A DNA stretch of 63,324 nt, the filler included, from Olpidium bornovanus S191 (taxonomy: Eukaryota > Fungi > Olpidiomycota): NCBI GenBank assembly GCA_017911155.1. It is 29 parts of 29 records of this genome, joined end to end, with 100 filler letters (N's around TTAATTAATTAA, not from the genome) between each part and the next. Parts side by side here need not be neighbours in the genome. Positions count along the whole stretch, not along the records: positions 23,065 to 27,757 come from JAEFCI010004360.1; positions 27,858 to 29,707 come from JAEFCI010013493.1; positions 29,808 to 31,908 come from JAEFCI010009063.1; positions 32,009 to 33,167 come from JAEFCI010009335.1; positions 33,268 to 35,101 come from JAEFCI010004608.1; positions 35,202 to 37,312 come from JAEFCI010005506.1; 23 more parts are not named here. One strand, written 5' to 3'. Positions 23,514 to 37,304 of this stretch are shown one piece after another (within the stretch, counting starts at the first letter, position 1; each line of letters starts with the position of its first letter). Made by a program: the position numbers and the translations under genes. Under the pieces are notes generated by a model. It was given only the letters and a program-made list of their open reading frames with translations, did no database searches and had not been told where the DNA came from.

Positions 23514-26500
23514 TCAACCGACGTGCGGAGGAGGGACGGCGGCCGCTCCGCCGTCCCAGGCCCGTCCCGGCTGCGGCTCGGCGCGCAGACCGTTCTTCAG
23601 TTGGTGATACTTCCTGTTCAGCTCCCAGTTGAAGCTGCGCGGAAGGTTGAGGCGGACGGTCCGGGGAAGCCGCGGCGGGGAGAGCCGTCCGGAGCGAGCG
23701 GGGGCAAAGGTCAGTCCCGCCGTTCCCTGCCCCGTTCCTCAGGGCTCGCCGAAAAACCAAGAACCAAAAAAAAAAAAAACGCCCGCCTCACTTTGTCAGC
23801 TCCAAGATGCATTCGACGAGCCGCGCCCGGTCGGGGCCGTTCGGGTTCCGGGATTTGGGGGCGAGCAGCGGCCTGCCGCTGTCTGCGAACCCCGAGTCGG
23901 CGTTGTGAGAGAGCTGTTCGGAGCGCTCGTCCTCCGGGCGGGGGCAGCGACGCAGCTCCGCCTCGAGCCTGCGCACGCGTTCCCGCAGCTCCCGGTTGGC
24001 TGCGTGGAGCTCCGCTGATCCGCGAGCCCTGGCTCCGGATGAGGCGGCGAGGCCGGAATCCCGTCTCGCTTGGTAAAGGTCAACGAGATCCCTGAGGCCC
24101 GCGATTTGCGCCTCGAGCTTGCGCACCTCGCTCGCGTGCGCCTGCCGGACGGCGGCCTCGCGCTCGCGGGCCAGCGCGCCCTCCCTCTGCAACGGCGGCG
24201 CCTGCGCCGCGGCTTCCTCCCTCAGCTGCCCGTTTTCCAGCATCAGCCCCGAGACCCGCGACTGCAGCTTGGCCACCCGGGACTCGTATGACCGGCACTG
24301 CTTCCGGTGCTCCGCCCGCGCCCTCTCCGCGGCCTTGTTGAGCGCAGAGATCTGGCCCAGCTTCCTCCTCAGCGTGTGCAAGTTGACCCCGGGAGCTATC
24401 TCCTCCGACACGTCCAACGGGTGCTTGTGCAGGTCCCTTTCCAAGTCGCGGCAGCGCGCATCCAGCTGCCTCAGCTCCCGCTCTTTTCGTTCCTTCAGCT
24501 CGTGGACCTTCCGCTCCAAGAAGTTGCATTTGCGGCAGGCCTTTGTAAGGGCGTGCTCGGTCTCGCAGAGCTGATCTCGCAGAATCAGGCATTCGATGCA
24601 CTCGGGGCGCCTCCTGATTTCGCCGCCCGAGATGCACCGGGAACGGCGGCCCCCGGCGCTCGCCAAGAGGCTGAGTTCGCGCACGGGAATCGCGGGCGCC
24701 GCCGACCTGCTCCTGGCCCGGCCGGCAAGCGTCCAGTGGCGCTCGTCCCCGCAGGGCTCCGGCGGTGATTTTAGGACGTCGCCCTGGAAGAGCCTGCCGT
24801 GCGCGGAAGCGGCTCGGCCGACGTCATCCAGCCGGCGCTCCAGCTTTGCGATCCTCGCGTCTCTGAGCCTGCAGCCCTCGACGAGGTGGCCCTCGCGCAA
24901 CTGCAGCCGCTCGAGGCTCTCTTTTGCGCTGGCGTTTTCTTCCCGCAGCGCCACGACCGCCCGTTCGGCTTCCGTCGCACGCCTCAACAGAACGCCTCGC
25001 TCCTCTTGGTGTTGGAGGCGTGCGGCCTGCTCGGCGACGAGCAACAACGAGGCTTCTTTTTTGAGCCTGATGGATTTCAACGTCAGTGTTCCCCACTGTA
25101 TCCTGTTCCGAGCCATCCGCCCGCACACTCCCAACACGGGGTTTACCTTAACTCGCCTTTCAAATACTCGTTTGACTTAAGGATTTCGGAGAGCTGGCGT
25201 TCGATAACAGGCGACGGGGCCGTTGACTCTTCCAGTGTTCGCTTGATTTTGTCTTTCAATTCCACATTTTCCTTTTCAAGGGCTACCTTTTCCTGCGTCA
25301 AACTGGGTGGAAGGAGGAGGGGGAGAATATCAATTCAGAACGCGGTTTGATGGCGCATCAAAAAATGGCTCACTCAGGAATCCAATCGATCGCACCGTTC
25401 CAGGGAAGCGCTGATGACTGCGACGTGCTCGTCGACCTCCTCGGAGAGCCGCCGTTTCTCTTTCTCGGCGCGTTCGCACGCCGCCTCGGCTTCCGCGATC
25501 GACCGTCTCAGCTCCGCCTCGATCCCCTGACGTCGCGATTCGGCTTGGAGCAGGCCGCCCAAATCCTCCTCCGCCTTTTCGCGCTGCTCCCGTTCTCTGC
25601 ATACCGCCGCTTCGACCTCCGCCCGGCCGCTTTCCAGCCTGTCTATGTCCGCCTTGAGGCGGCGCTCCTGGTCGCTGTACGCCGACGTCCTTTCTTCGAG
25701 CGCCTGCCTGCCGCGGTCGTCAGCCAGCTTCCTCTCCTCTTCTTCTACCGCCAGCCTGCTGTCCAGCTCCAGCACGCGCGCCCGTAAGGCCTGCTCGCGG
25801 TCGAGGTGCTCCGTGCGCTCCCGCTCGAGGTCCCGGATCCTGTCCGCCCGTTCCGACGCGGCGTCCTCCGCCTTCGCCGCAGAGCGCGCCAGGTCGGCGA
25901 TCCGCCTCCGCAGGTCCGACTCGGTCCGGGCGCCCGCGTCGACAAGTGCCTGGAGCTCCGCGTGCTCGCGCGCAACTTCCTTTTGCGTGTCTTCGGAAAG
26001 GATTAACAAGGCACGGAGATCCTCGCGTTCGCGCGCGGCTTCCCTTTGCGCGTCTTCGGAACGGCTCAGCGAGGCCTCCAGCGCGGCCGCCCGAACACGT
26101 AGCCGCTCCGCCTCTTCTACGCCGTCGCTCGGCAACACCGAGCGTCCTGGTTCGGCGTCTCCGCAGGGCGGCGCGCGCCGGCCGCCCAAAAGCTCCCCGC
26201 CGCCGCCGTCGGATTTCGGGCGCCCGTGATCCTCCCGTCCCGGGCCCGACGGCTTTTCTGTCCCGCTGCCGTTCTCCGCGTGCCCGGCCCCGGCCCCGGC
26301 AGCGTCCGGCCTCTTCTCCTCCTTCGAGGGCGGCTCGGAGGGAAGCCGCTCGTGCTCGCCGCGCCCAGCGTCCGTGCCTTTTGGCGTCGGGTTCGCATCG
26401 TCGGCACGGCCTGCGCGACTCTGGCCAACCTCAACGTCGAACAACGCGGCTGCCGAGGCGCCCTGTGTTTCGCCGGCAAGCGCGCGCGCCGCGCCGTCTC

Positions 26501-27302
26501 CCAAAGCCCGGCGGCCCCCGACCAAGACGTCGCAGCCGGTTTCCGGAACGGGCAAGTCCTCGCGGGCCGCCGCCGCCACGACTTGCAACCCTCCGCCGCC
26601 CGGCCAGCGGCTCCCGGCGGCGCGATCTGCGCGTGGGGATCCCGTGGTTTCGTCGAGGGCAAGCAAGCTGTCCCCCGAGCCGCCGAAGGCCGCCACGCTT
26701 TCCGAGCCCCACTTCCCCGACGGACGTGCCGCATCTGAGACGGCCGCAGGCACCGGCGACTCCGGGCGACTCCCGCGGGTGCCTTCCGGCCAGGCGCCGG
26801 GCGCGGGCCGCTCGCTGCTCTCCTCCGCGCCCCCTGCCTGCGGCCCTTGAGCGGCGCCCAGCCCCTCGCGGCTGCTCGGACCTGCCGCTTCCTGTTCGGC
26901 ATCTTGCACGGAGGCCGAGGCGACCGGCGTGCCGCCCGCATGCGGCGGCGGACCGCTAATGTCGCTGTTCCGCCGGAGGTCCGCATAGAGATGGGAAAGC
27001 CAGTTTGTGACGCTCGCAGCATTCCACGCTGCCGGAGCAGAAAGCCGGCGGCGACCGGCTGCTCCGGGCGGCGATTCGGCGGCCCGGCCGGACTTCAAAC
27101 GACTGGAAAGCACAGGGATCCGGGAGGGTGGGGATTCGAAGGTCGGCTGCCCAACGTCCGCGCCGGATTTCGGATCTGCGGGGCCCTCGGCATCGTGGTG
27201 GTGGTGGATGTTCCGCGCTTCTTCGCTCTCCGAGGAGCGAGCAGCCCTGTTCCCTGGCAACGGGCGGTGCCGGCAATGAGAACCGGTCGGCAGACGCGGC
27301 AA
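23514..27302 (-). CDS. Large multi-exon coiled-coil protein with disordered N-terminal half; start not determined
   Basis: Long E/R/A-rich helical ORFs (25374-27302 and 23788-25137) are linked by a frame-compatible exon (about 25293-25151, EKVALEKENVELKDKIK...). A last exon reads FNWELNRKYHQLKN...* and ends at 23514. Confidence 0.65.
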
Positions 27303-27891
27303 ACGTCCTTTGCCGAGACCCCGTCCGGCTTTTGCAACCCCATACCGCCTGTTTGATCCCTGGCTAACCGCTCACCGCGGTTCTCCGGGTCCTCGGAGTT
27401 GGGACCCCGCGGCGCTACCTCGACGTCTCGAAATGCCTGCAACGCGCCCAGAAACCCCGTTATCCCGTCGGCTCGCGCTCTACCCCGAGATAATTGAACC
27501 CAGTTCAGGTCGTACAGCGCTTTTGCCCGAAGTCGGCGCGTTACCTGCGTGGGCGGTCCAGTCCCCGCGGCGCCGACGACGGACCGAAATCGCGCGGAAG
27601 CCCCCTCCGGGCGGGCAGCGTCCACCGAAGCGCCCCCCGGCTGCGTCTCCGTTTCTGAAATCTCGCTTTCCGCGTCGACGGGAGCGGCCTCCGGTCGCGC
27701 CTCCCCTTCACAGAGCGGAACGTTTCGAGGGGAAGAGCCGGTCCACGAGGATGCATGNNNNNNNNNNNNNNNNNNNNNNNNNNNNNNNNNNNNNNNNNNN
27801 NTTAATTAATTAANNNNNNNNNNNNNNNNNNNNNNNNNNNNNNNNNNNNNNNNNNNNAAAGGGGGTGGGGGGGGGGGGGGGCCCCCCCCCC

Positions 27892-27927
<36 letters not shown>

Positions 27928-27932
27928 AATCG

Positions 27933-29363
27933 TTAAAGGGCGGCGGTGCATCCGGTCAATTCGGCGATGGCTTCCTCCACTTCCTGCGCGAGCTTCCGGA
28001 CGAGGTTCCCCGCGCTTCCGTAGCCGCCTCGCCCGCCCGCCTGGCCCCCGAAGAAGGTCATCAGCCCCGAATCGCCGCGCTGCTTCGCTGCGGCCTGGAT
28101 GTCGCGGGTGTGCAGGGTTACGGGACCGTCGCGGAGGCGCCAGGGCAGCGCGTCGAGGGCGCGAGTCACGTCGTTCGGAAGGCCGCGGGCCAGCCGACCG
28201 GTGTAGTTCCGGCTGAGGATGGTGGACCGGCCGAAATCGGGCCGCAGCACGGCCTCCTTGTGCGCCTTCGGAGCCAGGCACTCGTCCGACGTGAGGAACG
28301 CTGTTCCCAGCGCCGCGCCGGACGCGCCCAGGGCCATCACGCCAAGGACTCCCCTGCCGTCGACGATCCCTCCCGCCGCCACGACCGGGATCGAGACGGC
28401 TTTGCAGACGGCGCGTGTCAGAGCCAGCGTCCCAATTGTGCCGACGTCACCTGCGCAACAGGGGGAAAGCGGCAAAACCGGCAGCACCGGTCAGCTTGGC
28501 GAAAAACGCGGTCCGCACAATCAGAAGCAACGGTCAACCGTCCAAGTTGTGGCCCGTCCCGCGATGCCCTCCAGCTGGATTTTCGAAAATTTTGTCAAGG
28601 CAGCGGGTGACGAAGCAACGAGTTCGTTGTCAGAGCTTACAGTAGAGTCAAAGTCAGAGTGTCCGTGAAAAAAAAAAAGCCACAGCGCCGCGAGCGCCTC
28701 CAGGTTTTCTTTGTCCAAACCTTCGGCGCCTTGGACCCATAGGCCCTGGACCCCATCCGCCTCCATCTGCACCGCCTCCTCAACGTTCGTCGCCGTCCCG
28801 AACACGATGCCCCCCGCGTCCCTCCACCTGCGGACCCACTCCCGGTCCGGTGGCCCGAACGTGACCGACACCACGGGGACCTTTTCGCGCTCGACGATTT
28901 CCGCCGCGCTGCGGAACTTGGCCCGGAGGTCGTCGGGCGGGACGGTGACGTCGTCCGGCGAGATGTCGGCGAGGCCCACGCGGCGGCGCAGCGGGTTCAG
29001 CGCTCGGGCGACGGCGCGCCGCTCCTCCGGGGCTATTTCCGGCTCGCGGTGCGAGGGCGGCGGCGGCTGGAAAAGGTTCACGTGGAAGGGCAGCGCGGTG
29101 AGCTCCTTGGCGCGCCTGACGGCCGCCAGCAGCTGCTCGGCGTCCATGAGGCCGGCCGATATCGAGCCCAGCCCGCCGGCGTTGGACACGGCGGCGGCCT
29201 GGTCCGGGCCCGAGTACGGCGCGGTGGGGGCCTGCACAACGGGGAGGCGCACGCCGACGAGCGCGGTGAAAGGCGTGGACGCCCAGGAAGCCGGCGGCGT
29301 GATCAGGGAGCCACTCGCGCATCGACGGACGGTCGCTGCGGCGGCGGCGGTCCCCGACGCCAT
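27933..29363 (-). CDS. Nitronate monooxygenase (2-nitropropane dioxygenase family) (exons 29363-28721, 28574-28539, 28450-27933)
   Basis: LPVVQAP...AAAVSNAGGLGS...PFHVNLF...VVSVTFG...GTATNVEEA...VQGAE|AGGHRGT...IPVVAAGGIVDGRG...GTAFL. Splicing restores the EAGGHRG motif. Confidence 0.92.
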
Positions 29364-29851
29364 TGTGCGGGGCGCGGCAGGCTGCGGGCGCGCGGGCGTG
29401 GCTGCGGCGAAGTGCGGGGGGCGGAGGGGGCAGGCGTGGCGCGCGGGGGGAAAGAAATCCTCCGGCGGGCGTTTTCGCGGGGGGGGAAGGAAGTGCGGGC
29501 CGGGAAAAGACGGCGCTTGGGAAGCGACGGGCGAAATCGTAAACAAACACACGCGCGGCGGAACTCAATAAACTGGCCCGTGGAACAGATCGGATCCGCT
29601 CGCCTCTCTCGCTCCGAGCAGGGCGGCTGTCACGTCTCTGGGCTTCAACCGGCCCATCCGGATCAGGGAGGGAAAGGGAGGGAGTACGGGGGGGGGGGGG
29701 GGGGGGGNNNNNNNNNNNNNNNNNNNNNNNNNNNNNNNNNNNNNNNNNNNNTTAATTAATTAANNNNNNNNNNNNNNNNNNNNNNNNNNNNNNNNNNNNN
29801 NNNNNNNCCCCCGCCCGGTCGGGCGATCACGTGACCAACACCCGCACACAC

Positions 29852-29887
<36 letters not shown>

Positions 29888-29921
29888 CCGGGGAACCCGG
29901 GCCCAAACCCCCTTCCCCCCC

Positions 29922-29960
<39 letters not shown>

Positions 29961-31104
29961 AAAACGTCCATACGGCGAAAACTCTCCCCACGGAGAGCGA
30001 GAACCTCTGCGGCAACCGGAGCGAGAGTAGAAACGGGTTCGAAGTATTGAAGTAAGCGATTTGGAAAAGTAAGACAGAGGGGAGTAGCGGAGCAGTTGGC
30101 AATCAGGAATATTTGAACCTCGGAGTGGGGAGCTGTTTTAAGGCTTGGAATTTTGGCATCGACACTCTTCTCAAGACCCGTCATTGCCAGTCCGAACATT
30201 CGACTCCCTTATTCTAACAGCGTGTCGTATGTGGGCCTGCTCCGCGTTCCCCTTTGCTCCCCAGGTGAGAAACGCGGAGCAGCGGGAGCGTGGCACGTTG
30301 AGATGTCGATAAAAGCAGGTCGCGTTGGTGAAGCGGAGCGAAGGCGCCTTGCACTCATAACCTCTCACCTGTTTATTATGGGACTAGGCCCTTATGCGTA
30401 ATTATTGTGCATATTGGGCCTGCATTCGTTTTTTTTTTTCCGAGAAAGCTGGGCACGTGACTCCGCGTGGCGGGGGCCCGGCAGGGCGCGGGGCGGAGAA
30501 GCGCGCCCGGGAAACCGCGACAACGGAACAAAAAACAAAATCTCAAATCCTGGGGGACGCGAGAAAGTAGGGCGGGCCGCGCGAAGGATGCAGCGGCGGA
30601 CCGCCGCGGGCGGCAACGCGACGAGGGAGGGCGAGGCGGCGAGCGCGGGAGGGAGCGGAGGAGGAGGAAAAGATCGGTAAGGCCGAGAAAGGCAAACGGG
30701 AGGAGGGGAAACAGCGGAAGCGGATTGGGAGGGACGCGCGTCCGGCAGCTCGCCGCGATCGTACGTTTCTTTTTTTTTTTTTTTTTTTTTTTTTTTCTCG
30801 GGGGACGTTAGCAGACCTCGAAGGAAGCAACGATCCGACACGACCAAAACAGTTGTTCGCTTCTGATCTCTCCCCAGCGCAAAACCTGGGCCACCTCGCG
30901 TTTCGCTATCCCGGATCGTCTGGACAGTCTGGCTGACGTTTCGGCGTCGTTGTTTTAGTCACCTCGCCCGGTTTGAGAGGGCTACTCCGGACCAAACCGC
31001 GTTTGCCGCCAGGCCACGACAAAGTTCGTGGTTCAACACAACAGCGCTCGTTCAAGTTTCGGTCGTAGTGGTCCTTATAGGCTTGGCATATAAGCTCAAC
31101 GCAG

Positions 31105-31908
<804 letters not shown>

Positions 31909-32278
31909 NNNNNNNNNNNNNNNNNNNNNNNNNNNNNNNNNNNNNNNNNNNNTTAATTAATTAANNNNNNNNNNNNNNNNNNNNNNNNNNNNNNNNNNNN
32001 NNNNNNNNTTCCCCCCCCCCCCTTCCTCTCTTTGTTTGAACGTGGAAGCCCGTTTTTGCGATGCTACCGCGGCACTCGAGAAGATAATCGCTTTATTATC
32101 CTCTGGTTTAAGAAAATGAAAAAAAAAACCCCCCACCCTGCGCCGATTGAGTCAAAAAAGGCGGTTACTCTCTGTGGGGTGAAGTAGGGGAGTGGGATGT
32201 CCGGGTGGGTCGCGGCACAAGGAGGGACTCGTTTGCTCCCCGGAGTGGAAAAACGCGTTTCCTTTTTTTTTGGTTATT

Positions 32279-32892
32279 TTACTTGGTCCGCTTGTATATT
32301 TTCTTCATAAAGCTCGCGAACACCTCCCTGGGCACGACGGCGTCGTCGACTTGCGCGATAAGGCCGCCTATGCGGCGGTACGACTCCTCCTCGAACTCGG
32401 CAAAAACCTTGCGCAGGTTCAGGTCGTCGTAGACCTGCTTGACCTTAGCGACGCGCTCGGCGTCCTTACAGCCGTAGTTGGCCTGATGGGGGGGGTGGGG
32501 AGGGGGGGAAGGGCCGGTCGTTGAGTAAAAATAGCAAACGCCGTCAAAACGGAGAGGTAGAAAAAAAGTGAACAGCCGACGCAAGAAAAAAAAACAACAG
32601 CATTACTATCAAGGCATCCTCACGCGTAAGTCGAGACGAGAACCACCTGGGAAATCCGACAAGTACCCGAAGCACTCACGTCGAGAACCTTCCGCTGTCC
32701 AGGGGTCGCCCTTCGGAGGGCCTGCACAATCATCCAGCTGCACTTGTTGTCCTCGATATCCGTCCCGATCTTGCCGATGACGGCGGGTTCACCGTAGCAG
32801 TCCAGGAAGTCGTCCTGTACCTGGAAGTACTCGCCGAGCGGAATCAGGACGGAGCGCGCTTGCGCGAAGGCCGTGTCATCCTGGATCCCGTG
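32279..32892 (-). CDS. ERG20: Farnesyl diphosphate synthase, last two exons (32892-32680, 32482-32279)
   Basis: [16 protein letters not shown]...[14 protein letters not shown] (second Asp-rich motif) and C-terminal KIYKRTK*. Confidence 0.95.
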
Positions 32893-33267
32893 CTGAACGG
32901 GTGCGCGAAATAAAAAAAGCATAGTTTGGAAATGGAAGAAAACGTCAGCAACGCTTTGTATAGCGGGTTGATGGGCACGGTTTTCGGTGGACCTCATTCA
33001 GCCCCCCCCCCCCCCTCCTCTCATCCTTCCATCTCCTTACCATCAGCATGAAAGATGTACGTTTTCCCGGGCATTAATTGTCGACCGTGGCGGCCGTTTT
33101 ATCGGATATCCTCCGTTCCGAAATGAGCTCACCGCGTACGCGCGTTTCGGACTTGCCCCTATCCAAANNNNNNNNNNNNNNNNNNNNNNNNNNNNNNNNN
33201 NNNNNNNNNNNTTAATTAATTAANNNNNNNNNNNNNNNNNNNNNNNNNNNNNNNNNNNNNNNNNNNN

Positions 33268-33890
33268 ATCTGCTGCAGCAGAGTGCATCCTTTGCGCCGC
33301 CGCGCAGGGACGTGGGTTCCCTCTCGGTGGGGCCCACCGCCCACCTGTCCCAACAGCAACCGAATGGGCAACCGCGGCCGCAGGCATGGTACGGGCAGAG
33401 TGCGAATTCCAGCGGGTTCCCGGCAGGTAACTCCCGTAGCAGATCGGCGTCCTCGCCGAACATCCAATTGCCGTTGGCTCCGCTCCCGCACGTCGCCCAG
33501 CAGCCGCTGCCGATCCCGCCGCTACCGCGGATGGTATCGGGCCCGTTCCCGATGTCCCCGTCGCCTTCGCGCATGCCCGTGACGTCCGAATCCCGCGCAA
33601 CCGGCGGCGGGCGGACCGTGAAGGTGAAGGTGGCATACCTGGACGATATCTTCATCATCGCCGTCCCCACCGACATCGGTTGCCGCGAGCTGATCGACCG
33701 GGTTGAGAACAAGATCCGGCTGCACGGCGGGGAGCAGGAGCGGCCGGAGCGTTCCGACGGCCAGCCCACCATCCGCGTACGCTACCAGGACGAGGACGGT
33801 GACTACATCACCATCAACTCGGACGACGACGTCGCGATGGCGTTCGAGAGCAGGTCGCAGGGCGGCGTGGTCAACTTGTACGTCAAGTAG
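33268..33890 (+). CDS. CDC24: Cdc24/Scd1-type Rho GEF, C-terminal exon with PB1 domain
   Basis: VKVKVAYLDDIFIIAVP...LIDRVENKIRLHG...RVRYQDEDGDYITINSDDDVAMAF (PB1 OPCA motif), preceded by a Pro/Ser-rich linker. Confidence 0.75.
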
Positions 33891-35961
33891 GACGGCTGCG
33901 CCCGGAGCACGATCAGGGTCGGCGAGAGAATCGGGGAGCAGTCGAACTCCGCGCCTACCCCCACCCCTTTGCCATCCCTCTCGGTTCTGCACGGTGCTGG
34001 TGCCCGTCCCTCGGGCCATATGTTCATCACCACAAATCCTGTTGGATATCGCCATTTCCACCTTTTCTCCTGCTTTTTTCCTTCGTCAGTGCTCGTTTTT
34101 TGCATCCCGATCGTACACGTTCTCCCCTCTCTCCATCCGTCTTAACTCCCTCCCATGCCTTTTCCCCATGTAGATACATGTTTTTTTTTACTTTCCCGTT
34201 TGTCGCGCATCCATGTTTTTTTCTCCTTCGTTCTTTTTCTCTCCGATTGCACTTAATGTAAATTTAGAGGCCTGGGAGCTTTTTCGTTTTTTCGGGGGTT
34301 TTTTTCCTACTTTTTCTTTTTCACCCGCGCCCACGCACACTCATTCTCACACTCGCTCTCGCACTCAATATCTACGGATGGCCGCTATTTCTGGTTTCCC
34401 AACACCAAATTTCGAAAGAGGTACATATATATAAATATATGCATACGTATATCTATATATATACGCACCCCCACATATGTATCGCATCGGCAGCCAGCAG
34501 TCCGCCCGTCGTTTTCGCACCCGCTTTGCGGAGGTCGTCGCGCTGCGCAGGATTTTTATTCCGGGGACGAGTTGCGCCGGGCTGGGCGAGAAAGATGTAT
34601 CGTGGTCGCAGATCCGCCGAGAGGAGATCGCTGGAGTACGACAATACGTCGGAAGGTGACTCGTGCGTACGCGCCCCCCACGTTTGATGTCGAGTTGTTT
34701 GCGGCGACGGGGGACGTTCGTTCAAGTGCAGCAACTGAGGAGAACACGGGAAGACGCGCGGTGCCCATTAAGCGCCTGCAAGCTGCCGAATACGGGTGAC
34801 CGCCGCAGCGTGCGTGTCAAAGACCGGCATGACAGCGAACCGGTCTGCGTGGCAGTTTTATGAACCCACGGCGGTGCGGGAGACGTCCTGTTCCGCCCGG
34901 CATCGTTAAAGAACTTGAAATCCCAAATGCCGCTGCTCCCACCGGCTCGAGAGAGGAACCGGACACGTTTCAGGGAGAAACAACTCCGGGAGGAACGGGG
35001 GCGGTTGTTGGACGGGGAGCCAGGGAGGGAAGCGATGGACAGGGATCCGGGAGGAAGGTTACCCCTCGAGCCGCGCCAATCATCTCCATCCCAGCCGCAT
35101 GNNNNNNNNNNNNNNNNNNNNNNNNNNNNNNNNNNNNNNNNNNNNTTAATTAATTAANNNNNNNNNNNNNNNNNNNNNNNNNNNNNNNNNNNNNNNNNNN
35201 NCACGACGGCAATAGCTTCAACCCCTCCTCCCCCCTTGTTGGTACGCAACAAGGAAAGTTTGTCACCTGTCGTGTGTTTGGACCACGCCGACCGTGTCCA
35301 CCAGCACCCCACTTGCAACATGTAGGGCTGACAAGGCAACAACGTCACGGCTGCTGGAGTGCTGTTGAGAAGTCGTGTTGGCCCGTTCTGCTCTGAATCA
35401 CGTGATCAACTTTCCACCAGCACCTGTGACGGGCGGGAGGTTCTTTGGGATGGCCTCGGCATTCTCGATGATATCCTTCCACCAGATCTGCCGTGCAGTG
35501 GCAGCTCAGCGTTCGGCTGCGTCTGGGGGATCATGGGCGCGACAGCAAAAAACACAACAATACATTCCGCTTCCATACCCGGCCAAACCAAACAACGTAA
35601 TTTGCCGCATGACAATTATGCCCTTACTGAGACTCCGCGTGCGTTTGTTGGCTGCAGGCCGCCGCGTCGTCAGGCATTCAAACCTCCCGGTGGTACATTC
35701 CGTTGCTCCGGTCTTTTTTGAACTCGTCCGTTGATCACGACTTCCCAACGAAGTCCAGGCACATAATCGAGCGCTGCAGCCGGCTCTCAGGTCTTCCCCT
35801 ACGCCTCCCTCCCTCCCCTCGTCCTCGTCCTCCTCCTCCTGGAGCCCCGCCCCACACCCAGCGGACTTTTCGCGCCACGTTTATAAACATGTTTGAATTT
35901 GAGAAATGCGTTTGCCATGCATGCCGAAGAGTGGACGGGACGAAAGAAACCCCGCGGCCGC

Positions 35962-36970
35962 TCATTCCCACGAGCTCTCCACCGTCTCCTTCACCCGGCG
36001 GACGTATTCCTTCCGATTTTCTCGATAAAGGTTCGCGGCCTCGACGTTCGCCGGCGAATTCGGGTTCGGATCATGCAACAGGCTTTGAATCGACGTCAGG
36101 ATTGCCGCAACGTCGTACGTCGGTGACCACCGGTTCTATTGTTACACAAAACGCAATCGGGGTAAGTAGGTAGGCCAGACGCAAGGAAGGAGCCGGGGGT
36201 GTGTTTCGGGAGAAACGCAAGGAAGTGGGGGTGAGAGGAGGTGTGGGCACAACAACGATGCGTTTTATTCTCACTTGGAGGATGTCGAGGCAGAGTTCCC
36301 CGTTCGCGTACACGTTAGGGTGAAACATCTTAGAAACAAACCGCACGGTTGGCGGCTTCGTGGGATATGTCTCGTCGAATTGGAGCACGAGCTTAAACGT
36401 GCCGTCCTCGAAAGGCGTTTCGACTGCGGGCGAGGGAACGCCCGGTGATGTGGAGGAAACGCGAAAGACAAAGGCCAGGGTCCCCCCGCAGGTATTCGGA
36501 AGAACGTGAGATTTCAAGATCGCCGTGTGAACCTGGAAGTAGGCCGCGCTGTTCCCTCGCGCACGATCGAACAAGGCCAACACTCCGCGCAACGGGGGGC
36601 GGGACCAGAGCGGTTTCTCTCGCGCCGCACTCCCGGCCCCGCTTTCATCGCCTCGCCACAGGGCTCCGCTGAAGTGTGACGCCGCATGCCGAGGTTTGGC
36701 CGATGCTTCACCGTACACACGCCTCGCCGGAGCTGCTGCTCCCGCGCGATGGGGAGAAAAAAAAAGATTCGCAAACGTGGCAAGTCTCCTTTTCTTTCCC
36801 TCGCTCTCTCTTTCTCTCTCCGCTCTTCCTCTCTTCTCACCTGGCCCAAATATCACTGCGTTCCACAGCATTATATTGTCTGGGCAGGGCGCGCCGGAGA
36901 TCCCGCCGGGGGGGTCGGTTTGGAGGCGCTTGAAGTCCCGCATGAGACGCCTCCTGGTCGGCGTGGACAT
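35962..36970 (-). CDS. UBC2: Ubiquitin-conjugating enzyme E2 Rad6 (exons 36970-36841, 36423-36275, 36135-35962)
   Basis: [21 protein letters not shown]...TPFEDGTF...[16 protein letters not shown]|[20 protein letters not shown]; complete spliced ORF. Confidence 0.97.
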
Positions 36971-37117
36971 GGCAGAAGTTCGCCCTCGACCTGGTCCTCT
37001 TCGTCGAGAACGGGCGGGCAGGAAAGGCGAGGGGGGTTACTTGTCGCGGTTGGGCGGGAGGGCCAGGCAGGAACAGACGGACAGACGGACGGCAGGAGAC
37101 AGACGTGAGAGCGAGAG

Positions 37118-37130
<13 letters not shown>

Positions 37131-37167
<37 letters not shown>
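37131..37167. repeat. (GA)n microsatellite upstream of UBC2, followed by a poly-G tract of about 80 nt
   Basis: Directly visible in the sequence. Confidence 0.9.
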
Positions 37168-37170
<3 letters not shown>

Positions 37171-37219
37171 CGGAACGAAGAGGAGCGCAGGCGAGACTTT
37201 TTTTTTTTTTTCTCTTTTG

Positions 37220-37304
<85 letters not shown>

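Noticed and set aside
30848-31104. SAM-decarboxylase fusion upstream of the spermidine-synthase-like exons
   Set aside because: Only a GVVVL-like fragment is present; no ESH/HTWPE motif was found.
34480-35101. Faint copia integrase-like traces downstream of CDC24
   Set aside because: The similarity is too weak and spread across frames to support a call.
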